64,000 nucleotides of DNA from Batkoa obscura (GCA_030770535.1 JASVEC010000015.1:682001-746000); one strand, 5' to 3'; shown: positions 1 to 12,918, counted from the stretch's first letter. Program-made: numbers and translations. Notes: generated from the sequence alone by a model not told the origin.

Positions 1-984
1 TCCTAGTTTCAGCAGATAATTATTTTTAAATGAATTAGAAGTTCGCAATAAAGCTATGGCAGGTCTATGCTGGGATATATATTTTTTTAAAGCTCAGATT
101 AAAACCCAAATTTTGATCTGTTTTTAAAAAGCCATCACAATTTAAGCACAAGTTTTTTTCCAAGGGTCAAAAAATCTACCTCATATCATAGTGTTGAATT
201 AAGAACTTAAATTAAATTTAAACAACTATCTTTAAGAAATTTAGTACAATTTAGACTTATTATTATAAGTGATTGTTTGGTATTTACATAAATGTTAATA
301 TAATTGTTTATTTGTATTGAGCAATATAAATAAAATCCTTGAGTTTTTTTCACTTATCAAAAAAGGCCCACAAGCCATTTGGCCATAAATTTAAGTACTG
401 AAACTCCTTCCTATTTAAGAAAATAAAATATATGAAACTTATACTCCAGGCATGTCAAAATACATATAATTTCCGTTAAAAAAGAAATATTAATTTAAAG
501 ATATTGTTAAATAAAGATTACTATAATATTATATCTATTTACTTCATCAATAATAAATTTAGTATAGTTGAAAACTTTACAAACTTTTAAAAGGCCGTTA
601 AAAAATGGCACTTTAAGGCAACATAAAGTTTAGTTACAAGTAAATATTATTTTTAGCTTCAGATAAAAGATACTATACTAGAATTTATTTGACAATATTA
701 GTGTTATTTCATATTTTATTGTTTCATTGTAGTTTATTATTTATGTCAGGGGTTTATTTATATTATTTTTTATCTGATAATGGTGAAATTAAAATACAAC
801 TTAAGTGAGAAAAAATAGTCAAAAGTCAAGATGAAAATATAAATAAGCCGTTATAACAAAGTTAAAAAGCAATGTGAAAAAAGCAGCTAAATCCAACCAT
901 AAAAAAGAAGTAAATTTGACATAAAAGCAACTAAAGTTCTCTTTAATTTCATTTTTTTAAAATAGTGTGTAAATCTTAGTTTTA

Positions 985-2739
985 ATGCTACAACATCCTT
1001 ATCTACATGCTCTGGATTCCAATTCCACAGCCACTTTAATGTCCAACTTTATCCTAGATGAATCAAGGCCCAGGTTTTACTGGATGGTAAGACAACATAT
1101 GCTATAATGTTTTTGTTTAATAAATTAATTATAGATACCAAATAATAAACAAGGACAAAGGATATTGATTTTGAATATAATACGATATGTGCTATTAGGA
1201 TTAACTAACTTGATACTAGGCATTTACTTCTACATTAATGATAACAATTATGATACAAATATTGCAAATTATAACTTTCAATATTTTTTTCACTTACAAT
1301 TATTTTTTTTGTTCTCGTTTCAACTGTTTTTAATCTGGGATGGGGTAAACTTACTATTATACTTTATTCGGATCACTTATTTAATGTTTTATTTAGTGCA
1401 TAAAAAAATTAAACTTACAACTTTTCAGTAGTCTAATCCTTGATTTTATTATCAATGGTTATATCATATTAAAGTTAAACAGAGGATATGAAGTAACTCA
1501 AGAATAATATCTGCTATTACATTATTGAACTAATCTTAATTTCAATTAGCATCTAACCAATATGAATATAACATATTATCGACTGTTTATTTATATTGAT
1601 ATTTTATTTTTGATCTTAAATGTGTGTTACGTTCCCTGTCTATTGACACTGTTGTTTTTGGCCAATATAGATCCAAGATGGTATAATAATCACAACTTAT
1701 CTATGAATGATTTTAAAACAAACAGTAAACTTATTATTATCGTATGTTTCGACTAAAATTAATTATTTCAGTCATGATAAAATGGTATGATTGTACAATA
1801 TTATTACACAAATTAAGTGCAGGATTGATTTTAATCACTTGCTTTCAAATATCTACTTTATTTTGGTATCGTTCATTGCCAGACGTTATTGCTATATTAG
1901 CCATTAGCATTGATTTATGTTTGGCGTTTACTTTAATTGGATTCTATTCGGTAATAGTAGTATCAATGTTAGTATAATAGCAATATATTAATTATCTTTT
2001 TATCTAGATTTATAATGAAAACAAAAAGATGATAGTAGGGTATATATTATATCTGATGACATTTGTATTATTGTCATTGATCCTAATATTTCAATGTTTT
2101 TCATTAAATGTAACTCCTCTTCTAAATAAGGATTTTGAGCCGTTACCTGTCCCACTATCTGAACAAAGCTATATCAACCCATTTTTAAACCCATTAGCAA
2201 GTATTATAAATATCAAAAAAGAGCTAAATGGGTTAAACATCAAATTAAATATTACTGGAAGTTTGCCGCCATTATATCGTAGCTATTTATTTCCTACCAT
2301 TTATTTGCGTAAGTTAATTTGTATTTCACTAATAATTCCTTTAAATATTTTAATAGTTAGCGTAACACTTACTGTATGCATCATAAGCTTAATATTCAAT
2401 TTAAAAGTAAGAGATTATTTTGGCAAAAAAGTGTATGAGCACTATTCAAAGTACTATGAAGAAAGTCAGCCAAAAACAGTATTTCAAATAACACAAAATA
2501 AGATAGAGAATATTAACAATAATTACAACCACAACAATCATACTAACAATGAAGCAGAACTCAATGATTCAATAGATAGTTTTGATGAAAAAGAAGTTAA
2601 AAACAGTGTCAAAAGGGTATTATTTTTAGGTAAAAGTAAACCTACTATTGTTCACTCTTTTCATCTCAATCATGATCAACCTCCTCTTCCTTTAGATAAT
2701 TCGTTACCAGAATCTCCTACTATTAAGTTAAATTTTTAA
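985..2739 (+). CDS. Multi-exon polytopic membrane protein, UPF0658-like fungal family
   Basis: ATG 985; GT-AG intron 1087-1134 and further short introns join the ORF fragments at 1165, 1562, 1744 and 2029. Several hydrophobic helices. FQLFLIWDG-CIKKLNLQ resembles the recalled 'LxxDAxxxxNxxQ' pattern of UPF0658 proteins. Internal splice sites are approximate. Confidence 0.55.
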
Positions 2740-3507
2740 CAAAATAAACAAGACATTTTTGTATATTAAAAAAGTGAAGCAATGAGACGTTTTTATGTAA
2801 AATGGACTAAATGAGATTGCTTTTATTAATATGAGATAATAGCTAAAATTATAAGAAATAAAGCACAAAAAATGGGGTTTATTTTAATTATAACTAATAT
2901 GAAACCAAATTAAATTCGAACCATCTAAAAATTAAGGTTTTAAATTTAAATATAATTTAGCTATTAAGTCAAAATAAACAAAGTATTCTATTAATATTTA
3001 TTTCACCCATTTTTCATACAAACATTAATATTTTCATTTTAATTTTATTAATAATGCAAGTCAATAAATAGAAAAGTAAATCGATTATTCTGACTTTATT
3101 GATATTTGATTCCTATGAATTTTATTATAAGTTAATGAATTAAATGGAACTAATTAATTTTGATCTTATTAGAGAATTCTGTAAAAAATGCAAAGATAAA
3201 AGTATCCGATTATATGGAATAAAATCAACCATGTTATTTATAATACTCAATAACACTGATTAAACAATGATTACTAATTTATTCAAGTAAATGAAAAGGG
3301 TAACAGGCTGCATTAGAATTTTTAGCAACTATAATTAAACTACATAATAGGGAAAATGATCAAAAATAAGAATAAAATAAAGACATATATTAAAATTTAA
3401 ATAGGGAACTCTCTTCACCTTCAAAAAATAAATTAAATTCTTAGAAACGAATATAAAAAGCATATACCCATTTTTAAATCGTAAAAAAACACTAATTTAT
3501 TTTAATA

Positions 3508-3741
3508 ATGTCTATGCTAATTGATAATATAAAAAAATGTCGGAGACTGAGCGCCAAGTTGATGGGAAGAAGTGCAAAGTTAGTTGAGGAAGAGCTTGGG
3601 ATCGAAGTAAGCAGTAAACTTGAAGGGATTAAAAAGGAAGAATTTGATAGAATGATTGAGGAGGGCTTTATACTAAAAGATGGCCAAAAAGTGGAAACTC
3701 TAAGATTGTCTATAACCCCTCTCATTGCTAAAGAAGTTTAA
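3508..3741 (+). CDS. Probable last exon of a small spliced gene of unknown function
   Basis: Charged, protein-like 77-aa ORF ending KKEEFDRMIEEG...VETLRLSITP. Upstream exons (3050-3480) could not be resolved. Confidence 0.35.
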   Translation: MSMLIDNIKKCRRLSAKLMGRSAKLVEEELGIEVSSKLEGIKKEEFDRMIEEGFILKDGQKVETLRLSITPLIAKEV

Positions 3742-4160
3742 CTTACTATTCTACAGTCATTTTAATCCAATCCCCTGTATAGCTAATGTTATTAATTAAT
3801 TAACTACTAATACTTAATAAAATTTAATTTAAATTTAGTCCATTTAGTTATCAAACTAAAGTTATGAATAACGGTTAATTTTAAATTGCTGGCTATTTTT
3901 GAGATCCGTAATAAAAAGTAAAACGTTATAAAAGAAAGTGCTGATAGTTTTATTATTATATGAAATCAACTTGTAAACAAAGAACATATGGGTATTAAAC
4001 AAATGAGTAAAAAGGGTAGCGATATTCGCTAGTAAAATAAAATAACTGAAAATCTATTATTTATGTAAATAAGGTTTAATATTGAACTTTCAATTAATAC
4101 TTCTTACTACTTTTCATATATCATATACATCCATATAATATACTAACATAAATATAAGCA

Positions 4161-5396
4161 ATGTTATTGAACTCTATATTATTTTTTCTATTAAGTGTCA
4201 TTTTATCCTTCCTTAATAATGGAGCAGTGAATAGCAGTGACTCATTCGATCCTGAAAAAATAATCGATCAGCTTCAGCACAACAAGTTTATAGAAGACAT
4301 CAAAAACAGTGAAATAATCAAAGACATTAAAGACAATGGAATAGCTGAAGAAATCAAAAACACTGAAATAGTTGACAGACTCAAAGACAGTGATTTTATA
4401 AAACAGCTTATTGACAGTAATATTATAGAAAAATTAAATCAAACTAAAACCTTAGATACAAATGTATTGAAGGAGTTGTTAGCAAACAACACAATAAATC
4501 TACCTCCATTTCTTACTGAGATGATAGAACACCCAATCCAACCAAAAGAGGAACAGGTAGCTAATGAGTTAGCAGCACCTGACTTATTGAACAATATAAA
4601 CTACTATGGCCAATACGCAGGTATAGCAAAATGTAACGACGATCTATTATTTAACTGGCAATGTCGATACTGTCAGTCTCTAGGTAGTGGAAACAGGGTT
4701 CATAAAGTCCTAAGTAATTCAAACTTACAAACTAAAGGTGTAATTGTGGTCAATGAAGGTAGAAAAGAAATCATAATAAGTTTTCGAGGCACAGAAACGG
4801 AAATCAATTTAATTCAAGATATTAATATTGTTTTGAATGACTTTTTAGATTTTGATAACAATTTATTTAAAGTAAGAAATTTAAAAGTTCACAATGGTTT
4901 CCTTACTATGACCAATTCTTTGTTTGAATCAATGGTACAAAGTTTACAGGAATTGTTGAGACAAGATCAAGGGTATACTTTAATTTTTACAGGCCATAGT
5001 TTGGGTGGTGCAATCGCTGGTTTGAGTGCAGTAAAAGCTTATTATAAATTGAATTTACCAAAAGAAAGAATCAAAGTATTCACATTTGGTCAACCAAGGC
5101 TGGGAAATAAGGAATATGCTAGCTATGTGAATCAGTTGGGCTTGACTTACTACAGAATGGTTAACTATAACGATCCAGTTCCCCATGCACCTCCAAGGTT
5201 GTTTGGGTATTTCCATCACTCATTGGAATTGTTCCAATCTAATATTGTCAATGATAGATTCGAGATTAAAGTATGTAATAATATCAACACTATATTTGCT
5301 ATGGAAGATCCTTCGTGCTCTCTAGCTACTATTCCTGATCTAGATCGTAAGTTACACTCAAGGTTTGATAAGTTGGATTTTGCACCAAAATGTTAA
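4161..5396 (+). CDS. Secreted class 3 (Rhizomucor-type) triacylglycerol lipase
   Basis: Hydrophobic signal peptide; SFRGT oxyanion region, VHNGF, nucleophile GHSLGG, TFGQPRLGN, DPVPHAPP. Intronless. Confidence 0.95.
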   Translation: MLLNSILFFLLSVILSFLNNGAVNSSDSFDPEKIIDQLQHNKFIEDIKNSEIIKDIKDNGIAEEIKNTEIVDRLKDSDFIKQLIDSNIIEKLNQTKTLDTNVLKELLANNTINLPPFLTEMIEHPIQPKEEQVANELAAPDLLNNINYYGQYAGIAKCNDDLLFNWQCRYCQSLGSGNRVHKVLSNSNLQTKGVIVVNEGRKEIIISFRGTETEINLIQDINIVLNDFLDFDNNLFKVRNLKVHNGFLTMTNSLFESMVQSLQELLRQDQGYTLIFTGHSLGGAIAGLSAVKAYYKLNLPKERIKVFTFGQPRLGNKEYASYVNQLGLTYYRMVNYNDPVPHAPPRLFGYFHHSLELFQSNIVNDRFEIKVCNNINTIFAMEDPSCSLATIPDLDRKLHSRFDKLDFAPKC

Positions 5397-5444
5397 AATA
5401 AAATAAAATAACAAAACAAAACAAGTGTATTTAAAACACTTTAT

Positions 5445-5969
5445 TCATTTCATACAATAATTATAATAGTAATAAAGATAAAAGAATGAGCCCAAGAAGA
5501 ACAAACCTGCTAAAACTAAAAATACTAACTTTTTAGTGCCATTGCTTGGTTTAATTGGGCTGGTAACTAAAAGTTAAAGGTTTAAAAAGTAAACTATACT
5601 AACATAACTAATATACTTACCCATGCCCTGTTCCATTAAAGTAGGTTCCATCTTCTCATTGATCGAACCATAATTGCCATAAACTGGGAACTTAATCTTC
5701 TCATTCTTAATACTGACCTTCTCAATTGTTTTATTTTCACTTTTTTCAGTTGCGTTTATCTCTTCCTTATCCTCTGTAATATGTGTTACAAAATCTTGGT
5801 GATATACTTTATTCTGCTTCCCTTCATTTTTTCCTAAACAAGGGTGATAGCTTAAATCCATCAGCATCTGATCTTTTGTCAAATTTTTTCCAGTACCATA
5901 TGTACCTTTAAGGTCTCCATGTTGATGGCGTAGCATGCGGTTTAAATAATGGTTTTCTGCTGGCGACAT
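5445..5969 (-). CDS. Small hypothetical tail-anchored membrane protein (2 exons)
   Basis: ATG 5969; intron 5620-5567 (GTAAGT...TTTTAG). Exon 2 reads VTSPIKPSNGTKKLVFLVLAGLFFLGSFFYLYYYYNYCMK*, giving a single C-terminal TM helix. Confidence 0.65.
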
Positions 5970-6612
5970 TTTGAAATGTATAAAGAAAAATAACCTTTTC
6001 AACGCTTGCGTTTTCCTTTTTATAAATTTTTTTTTTCAGATGACCTGGTTGATGTCACTTTAATTTGCAGTTTCCCCCTCTCATTTTGCATCTCCTAGCT
6101 AGAATATTTTTTTTCCACCTCAATTGAACTTAAAGCTTAAATTCTATTGGCACGATTAAGATAATTTGGGCCAAAATGACTTTTTTATCCGCATTTTAGG
6201 CGCTATGAGAATAAAAGTTGACAAGTTGAGATATTTCATATTTTAATATCACTATCGATAATATTTTACTCAATATGGGACTACTTTCAATTCATTTAAT
6301 CTTTGATTTTATAGCCTTAAATAGGAATTAAGAAAGTGGCTTAATGGGCCTTGATATAGCCTTGAAAAAGAAAGTAATAGTGGCTCAGATCAGACTAGAA
6401 ATAACCATAAAAATCAAAGCAACTGCATCTGACAACTAAGGGTTCTCCGCTTTTTCGTTGAGTATCCTTAGTATCATTGTAAAATCTATAGTTCCGTCTA
6501 TAAAGATTCTTATTGGACTATTATATTAGTTATATGTTTTTGTTATTCGAATGTAGCCTCGTCGTGTTGATATATATATTCAACTGATTTGTTCATAAAC
6601 CATTCTTAATAT

Positions 6613-6711
6613 GAGGATATCTTTTTTGACTTCATTGTTTTTTCCATTTTTTAAGCGCTATTTAAGCGGAAAATTTGTTAATAAAACTCTTAAACATAAA
6701 AACATATCCCC
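6613..6711 (+). mobile_element. ~99-bp MITE copy (family 1)
   Basis: GAGGATAT...ATATCCCC termini; ATAT on both flanks. Confidence 0.9.
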
Positions 6712-7515
6712 ATATGTTCAAATAAATGAAAATGAGGGAATCAATGGGAATAGTGGATTGGATTATTCTTTTGGTGTATTCGTTATAGATAAGATTCGAA
6801 AATAGCCATGTTTAAAGAAGTAAATTTTCTTTACTAATTACTATAGATTTTAGTTTGCGTTTAGCTATCGCTGATCTAGTGTTTGGTTTATAAGGACTTT
6901 TCTACAGGATTTGGATGATGATTGCTGAGTTTTTTAAAACGAGTTTTGAGTAAATAACAGTCAAAATCTAAATATAAGCTTACAAGCTGCGACTATATTA
7001 ATAGTAGCTCTGCAAAAATATAATAAAGTTTATTTTCTAAGTTATAACACTGTCTATGATATCTATTTCATTATTATTATTGTTTTTATATTTTTCACTG
7101 CCTTTGGATTACTTAAACTTATCATTATTTTTACTTTTTGAGCTTCCATTCAGCCATATCCAGATCTTTATCACATTCTAATATTTCTATTCCTATTGCT
7201 TTATAAACCTATCATATTGATCCTCTCCATTTCCTTCCTTAATCGCTTATTTCTGTTTTTAGATACTCACTAGATACTGAGTAGACTCAATTCATAAGTA
7301 GAGATTTATTTTTTTCCTTTGTACAGTCATCTAATTGTTAATAATCTATCTTTCCTTCTACTCTAGACTCTTTATTTAATAATTGCTTCTTAATAAAATA
7401 CTAATATTAGTGCTAAATTTTATAAAATATCTTTAAACTATCACTTTAATTTGATCATTTATTTTCCTTACTGGTGAAATTCAAAATTTACCAATTTCCA
7501 TTGTTTTAAATTGCC

Positions 7516-7575
7516 AAAAATAAAAATAAAAATAAAATAAAAATAAAAATATAAAAATAAAAATAAAATAAAAAT
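7516..7575. repeat. (AAAAAT)n microsatellite
   Basis: About 10 imperfect A4-5T units directly abutting the MITE at 7576. Confidence 0.9.
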
Positions 7576-7674
7576 AGCGATGTATTTTTGTGCTCAAGAA
7601 TTTTATTAGCTATTTTTCCACTCAAATAGCGCTTAAAAGATGGAAAAAGTGATGAAGCTAAAAAAAGCATCCTC
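7576..7674 (-). mobile_element. MITE copy (family 1)
   Basis: AGCGATGT...GCATCCTC; AAAT on both flanks. Confidence 0.85.
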
Positions 7675-8506
7675 AAATAAAAAATATAATAGTTTCTATA
7701 GTCATCACTTTTATTGCTTATGGGAGGGGATTCAGATACAAAACACTTGTTCATTCCTTGCTTTAAAATTAAGGTTTTTTTAGCTGGATATATAGCTCAA
7801 TTTGTTGTGATATTCCATTAAACAAGTGCTTTATTAGCTAATTCACAAATGTTTTAACTAAAGTAGGAAAACCATCATACTGGTCAAGGCTTATGCTGTA
7901 ACAAATTAAAATCTTATTCCTAGAGTATGCTGTGTTTGGTTTGGAACTTGATGCGTAGTTAAACTGAGAGTGCTATCTCAACTGAATTCTTCATACTTTA
8001 ATAGCTGATTGAAACTCTGATAAAACACTATAATATGAAAACACAAAGTTAAATTATGTTTAGACATAAAATCAACAATGAATATGTTGTTTTGTTATAT
8101 TCTTTTATTTGATTTAAATGAGATAAAAGGGGATACAATATGGAAGTAGCGAAAATCGCAATTTGAAATAGTACTGGCATTTACAATGCTTATTTTAACT
8201 CAATTCCTAGGACAACTCAAGTTTAAAGGACTTGATATTATTTTCATTAATCACTATGTATTTCAATTTATTTTTTGGGACGTTTGAATATAGTGTTTGA
8301 CATCTAATAGCTTAATTGCTGTTGTTGGATATCAATGATTAAATTTTCTGATAGAAGAATTTCAACCTTAATTGTACATTTTAAGTGTCTTTTAATTAAA
8401 TAATAAGTAATAAAAACAAATACCTGATAGTAATATATATCAATCTTATAGGTTTAATTAAAATTCAATAAAATTTTTACAAACTTACTCTACTTACAAG
8501 TCATGG

Positions 8507-8721
8507 TAATATAACAGGGGCGAAAAGTATTCTATAATGTGTTTTCAGTTTTTCAAATAATAAAAATATTGGAAAGTCAAAAAATCGAATTTTTTTGCTA
8601 ATTATGGCTTGTAGTACTACTTCTAATCCGCCATTTTTTCCCGATTTTTTCATTTTCTAATATTTGTATTATTTAGAAAAAATCGAAAAATACAGTGGAA
8701 TCACTTTCAACCATTATTATA
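8507..8721. repeat. Degenerate long inverted repeat (foldback/MITE-like)
   Basis: Left arm ...AAATAATAAAAATATTGGAAAGTCAAAAAATCG matches the reverse complement of the right arm CGATTTTTTCATTTTCTAATATTTGTATTATTT..., with mismatches. Confidence 0.55.
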
Positions 8722-8830
8722 CAAAGCCACTTAGGCTAGGGGCTAATGACGTGACGAAGTTTCATAAGAGTAATGACATCAATAAAATCAAAAAATCAAA
8801 AATCAAAAAATTCTTTTTTGTTAAAGTATA

Positions 8831-10112
8831 ATGAGTTTAAAAGGAAAGACAATTTTTGTAACTGGAGCATCAAGGTAACTTGACAAAGTATATGAGATAA
8901 TAGTAAATGACGATACCAATTTTATAGAGGGATTGGTAAAGCAATAGCCTTAAGAGCAGCCAGAGATGGAGCAAATGTAGCAATAGCAGCAAGGACAACC
9001 ACCACGAATCCAAAAGTAAGTGAGCAAAATGAAAAATAAATAAGAACTCATTAATTATTTCCATAAAGATGCCAGGAACAATCTATGCCACAGCTGAAGA
9101 AGTAGAAGAGGCGGGAGGAAAAGCATTACCTATAGCTTGCGATATTCGAAGTGAAGAACAGATTGCTGACGCCATTAGTCAAACAGTGAAACAGTTTGGT
9201 GGGCTTGATATTTTAGTTAATAATGGTAAATTTAATTTATGATTTCATTTATTAATTTTGTTGATTACTTTAAGCCTCTGTCATTAATTTAACAAATACC
9301 GAAAAAACTACGATAGAAAAGTATGACTTGATGCATCAAATCAATACCCGTGGTACTTGGCTGGTATCTAAAGTTTGTTATTAGCTTATGTATAAAACAT
9401 CAATTTTATTTAATTTTTAACTACTTTTAGCACTCTATTCCTCACTTAAGAAAGAGTAGTAACCCACATATTTTAAACCTTGCTCCACCACTAACCATGG
9501 ACCAAAAATGGTTTCGGAGTTATGGTCCTTATACTATGGCAAAGTAGGATATATTTTTTCAGGTTTAAAGCTGTTATCCTTATTAATTTTCAGATATAAC
9601 ATGTCAATGTGCGTACTTGGTATGTCTAGCGAACTTAAAAAAGATGGTATTGCAGTGAATGCATTGTGGCCTTTTACCGTTATCATGACTGCAGCTTTAC
9701 AAGCGCTTGGTAAGTAGGTTGATCTCAGTTTCTGTGTTATATTAAATCGATTATCTAGGACCAATGAATAAACCAGAGCTTTGTCGGTAAGTAAATTAAG
9801 CCTATTGTAAATTGATTAAATTGATATTTTCTAGTACCCCAGAGATTATGGCGGACTCAGCATATATGGTATTTAATAAAGATAGTAAGAAATTTACGTA
9901 AGTATCTCATCTAACTCTTTATTATATGATATTGACTGGCGGTGTTTTAATTTAGTGGTAATTTTTTAGTGGATGAATTATTTTTACGTGAGAATGGAGT
10001 AACTGATATCGATCAATATTCTGCTGTCAAAGGATCCACCAAATTTTTAGACGATTTATTTGTTTCAAAAGAAATTAAGGAAAAAATTCAAAAACTTAAG
10101 GAAAGTAGTTGA
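8831..10112 (+). CDS. HSDL2-like short-chain dehydrogenase/reductase, copy A (no SCP2 domain)
   Basis: MSLKGKTIFVTGASR|GIGKAIAL Rossmann motif, DILVNNA, NPHILN, catalytic YTMAK, AVNALWP. Multiple GT-AG introns; TGA 10110-10112. Confidence 0.9.
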
Positions 10113-10281
10113 AAATGAGACGGATTAAACCCGAGTTTTATTAATATAGTTAATAAACAATTATAACTTAAGCTTTTCTTTTTTTATTTTATTACTAATT
10201 TGAATTAACTACTTAAAGCTAATAGTTTTTTATATAAAGTTTTCTATACTTACTTTCTTTGATGAGCATAATCAGTTGTAT

Positions 10282-10378
10282 GGGGATGTTTTTTTGGCTT
10301 CATTACTTTTTCCATCTTTTAAGCACTATCTGAGCAGAAAAATTATTAGCAAAATTCTTAATACAAAAACACATCCCC
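10282..10378 (+). mobile_element. MITE copy (family 1)
   Basis: GGGGATGT...ACATCCCC; flanks GTAT/ATAT. Confidence 0.9.
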
Positions 10379-10449
10379 ATATATTATGTAGAATCCATTT
10401 ATTGCTTCTGCTTTATCTTTATATCCCACTTTTATTTATTTGAGCATTT

Positions 10450-10548
10450 GGGGATGTATTTTTGTGTTTAAGAATTTTACCAACAAAATTTCCGCTTAAA
10501 TGGTGCTTAGAAAATGGAAAAAATAATGAAGTCAAAAAAAACACTCTC
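10450..10548 (-). mobile_element. MITE copy (family 1)
   Basis: GGGGATGT...ACACTCTC; ATTT on both flanks. Confidence 0.9.
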
Positions 10549-10791
10549 ATTTGTTTTATTAATAAGTCACTTTTTTAAAAATTATATATGTATCTTTTTA
10601 ATAAATTTTAACATTTATATGTAACCCCTTCCCATAAAACTGTTATTTCTTTATATATTTTAGTTTAGTATAAAATCATTATAAAATATTTTTAAATCTT
10701 AACTTATAATCATTTATAACTTTACAACCTGTAGATGCAAATTTATAAATAAGCTATTGTTAACTATAATCTATTATTAATTACAATATAT

Positions 10792-10889
10792 GGGGATGCA
10801 TTTTTGTGTTTAAGAATTTTACTGACAATCTTTCGACTCAAATAGCGCTTAAAAAATGGAAAAGTAATGAAATCGAAAAAAACATCCCC
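10792..10889 (-). mobile_element. MITE copy (family 1)
   Basis: GGGGATGC...ACATCCCC; flanks ATAT/ATTA. Confidence 0.9.
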
Positions 10890-11194
10890 ATTATTTATAA
10901 GGATTTAGTAAAATACCATCAGCTTTTAAATCAAATATTACTTGGGTTTAATAAAATTGAAATAGTCAAGGTAATTGAATTGTCTTTTCTTGAAGCAAGT
11001 CATGAAATGTTCTAGCTTTTACCCTAAATCTAACATGATATTAGCTGTTCCTTTATAGATCATTTATACACTGTGCCCTTCTCTAATAGTATTTAAAAGC
11101 AAACTATTTATAAATTAATATTTTTAACCCTTGTAAAATATTCGATTAAAAAAATTTAAAAAAGAATTTTTAACAAAATTCACCTTGAACTAAT

Positions 11195-11383
11195 TAATCA
11201 ATTACGAAAAACAAGAATATTCAACTCATTCGATTGGGAGAATTCAAAATGCGTAAAAATAGTGATGACCAATTAAAGCTCAAAATTGAGATATTTGAAA
11301 TATCTAGCTGGTCACCATAATTTTGTATTTCGAATTCTCTCGATTAAATGAGTCAAATATCTCTACTTCCTTGTAATTGGTTA
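11195..11383. mobile_element. ~190-bp foldback element with ~80-bp imperfect TIRs (second family)
   Basis: Left TAATCAATTACG...ACTCATTCGATTGGGAGAATTCAAAAT...GATGACCAATTA versus reverse complement of right arm TAACCAATTACA...ACTCATTTAATCGAGAGAATTCGAAAT...GGTGACCAGCTA. TA at both outer ends. Confidence 0.65.
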
Positions 11384-11401
11384 TGAAATATTAATCTATA
11401 T

Positions 11402-11501
11402 GGAGATCTTTTTTTTGGCTTCATTACTTTTTCCATCTTTTAAGCGCTATTTGCGTGGAAAAATTGTTAGTAAAATTCTTAAACACAAAAATACATCCCC
11501 C
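11402..11501 (+). mobile_element. MITE copy (family 1)
   Basis: GGAGATCT...ACATCCCCC; ATAT on both flanks. Confidence 0.9.
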
Positions 11502-12918
11502 ATATAATATCTTGTTCACTTTCTAATCCGCTTAAAATTTCAAGTAAAAAAATGACACCTCAAATTCCTAACTCCAATTTTTAGCCAAAAATGCCGATCT
11601 TTAAATTGAAAAATAGCCGTTAGAAGATGGCCCAATTTTGAATTTAACTTTTTTTTGGCTTTTAAAAACAAATACTAATTTGAATTTTACTTTTAGATAT
11701 TTCAAAAATAAGAACAAAAATCAATATACCACGTGCTATCTTTTTATATATTAGTTTATATTTAAATACTTTACTGTTAATAAAACTATGTTTTGTTTGA
11801 AGTTTTGGTTTTAATATTGTTTATTTTCTATACAAATTCAGATGATAACTATTAATTTTATGAAAATATGGCTCTATTAAACTTCAATTGTGAAGTAGTC
11901 ATCTATTATCTTTAAAAAAAAAAGTTGATAAATAAGCCCTAAATCAATATAATTAAACAGATCATTAATTATAAATACTACTACTAATTGTTGTATAGCT
12001 GAAGTTTAACAGATGTAAGCTCCAGTACTCTATTACTTCATATCAAAAATGTTAATACTTAACCAGCTTTTTTTATAGCAAAAAGGCCATAAGACTTCGA
12101 TATATTATACTTAATAATAAGAACCTAACTTGATTTATGTGAATTCTCGTTTAATTTTATGGTATTTTATAAAAGTAGATAAGAATCTATTTATGTCTAA
12201 TAAAAATAAAATTATTGCTAATGATATTTTATAAATAGAAACTTGCCAAGACAGATTGAAAAGCTTAGCATTTAGTTGAAAATGAGTTAATATTATTTTT
12301 AAAAAAAATACAATAGGGCTACTAAGACCGTATCAATGAACAATATACAGTATAATATGTATATAACAAAATAATAAAGTGTGCTTTTAATTAATTTATC
12401 CTAATTTTTTCCACTATTTTTTAATTACAATCCATTTTTTATTCATTTTATCTTTTATAAATTCTCTATTTTCAAACCCCACCCACGTTTTAGTAATCTC
12501 CTTAAAGCCAAAAAATTTTGAAATGGAAATTGAAACCTACCAAAATAAGAAAGCTAACAGGCATTTTATATATTTTCTAGCTAAAAATAAAAAAAGTAAA
12601 AAAAACAGTTCGTTACAATCAAAAGGCCAAATGTAGGAAGCTGTGGGGCAGTTAAGATGGATTATAAATAAGTTATCAATAAAAAATAAATTTCCTTTTA
12701 TTTAGTTTTATTTTTTGTTAAATAAGTAGTTATTTTTTTTATAACTATCTTTTAATTTTCCTTTATTTAATTTTTTTAATTAAAAAAAGTATTCTATCTT
12801 TTCTTTAGATTTTATAATACTTTTTTTATTTATATTCTTTCATAAAAATACTTTGAACTCATATCGAAAGCATCCCATTCTCATATTTCATAAAAAAGTG
12901 TCAATTCTCCAATTTTAG

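Noticed and set aside
7090..7500. Purine-rich minus-strand segment resembling decayed coding sequence (gag-like)
   Set aside because: Many stops and no recognisable motif; cannot support a call.
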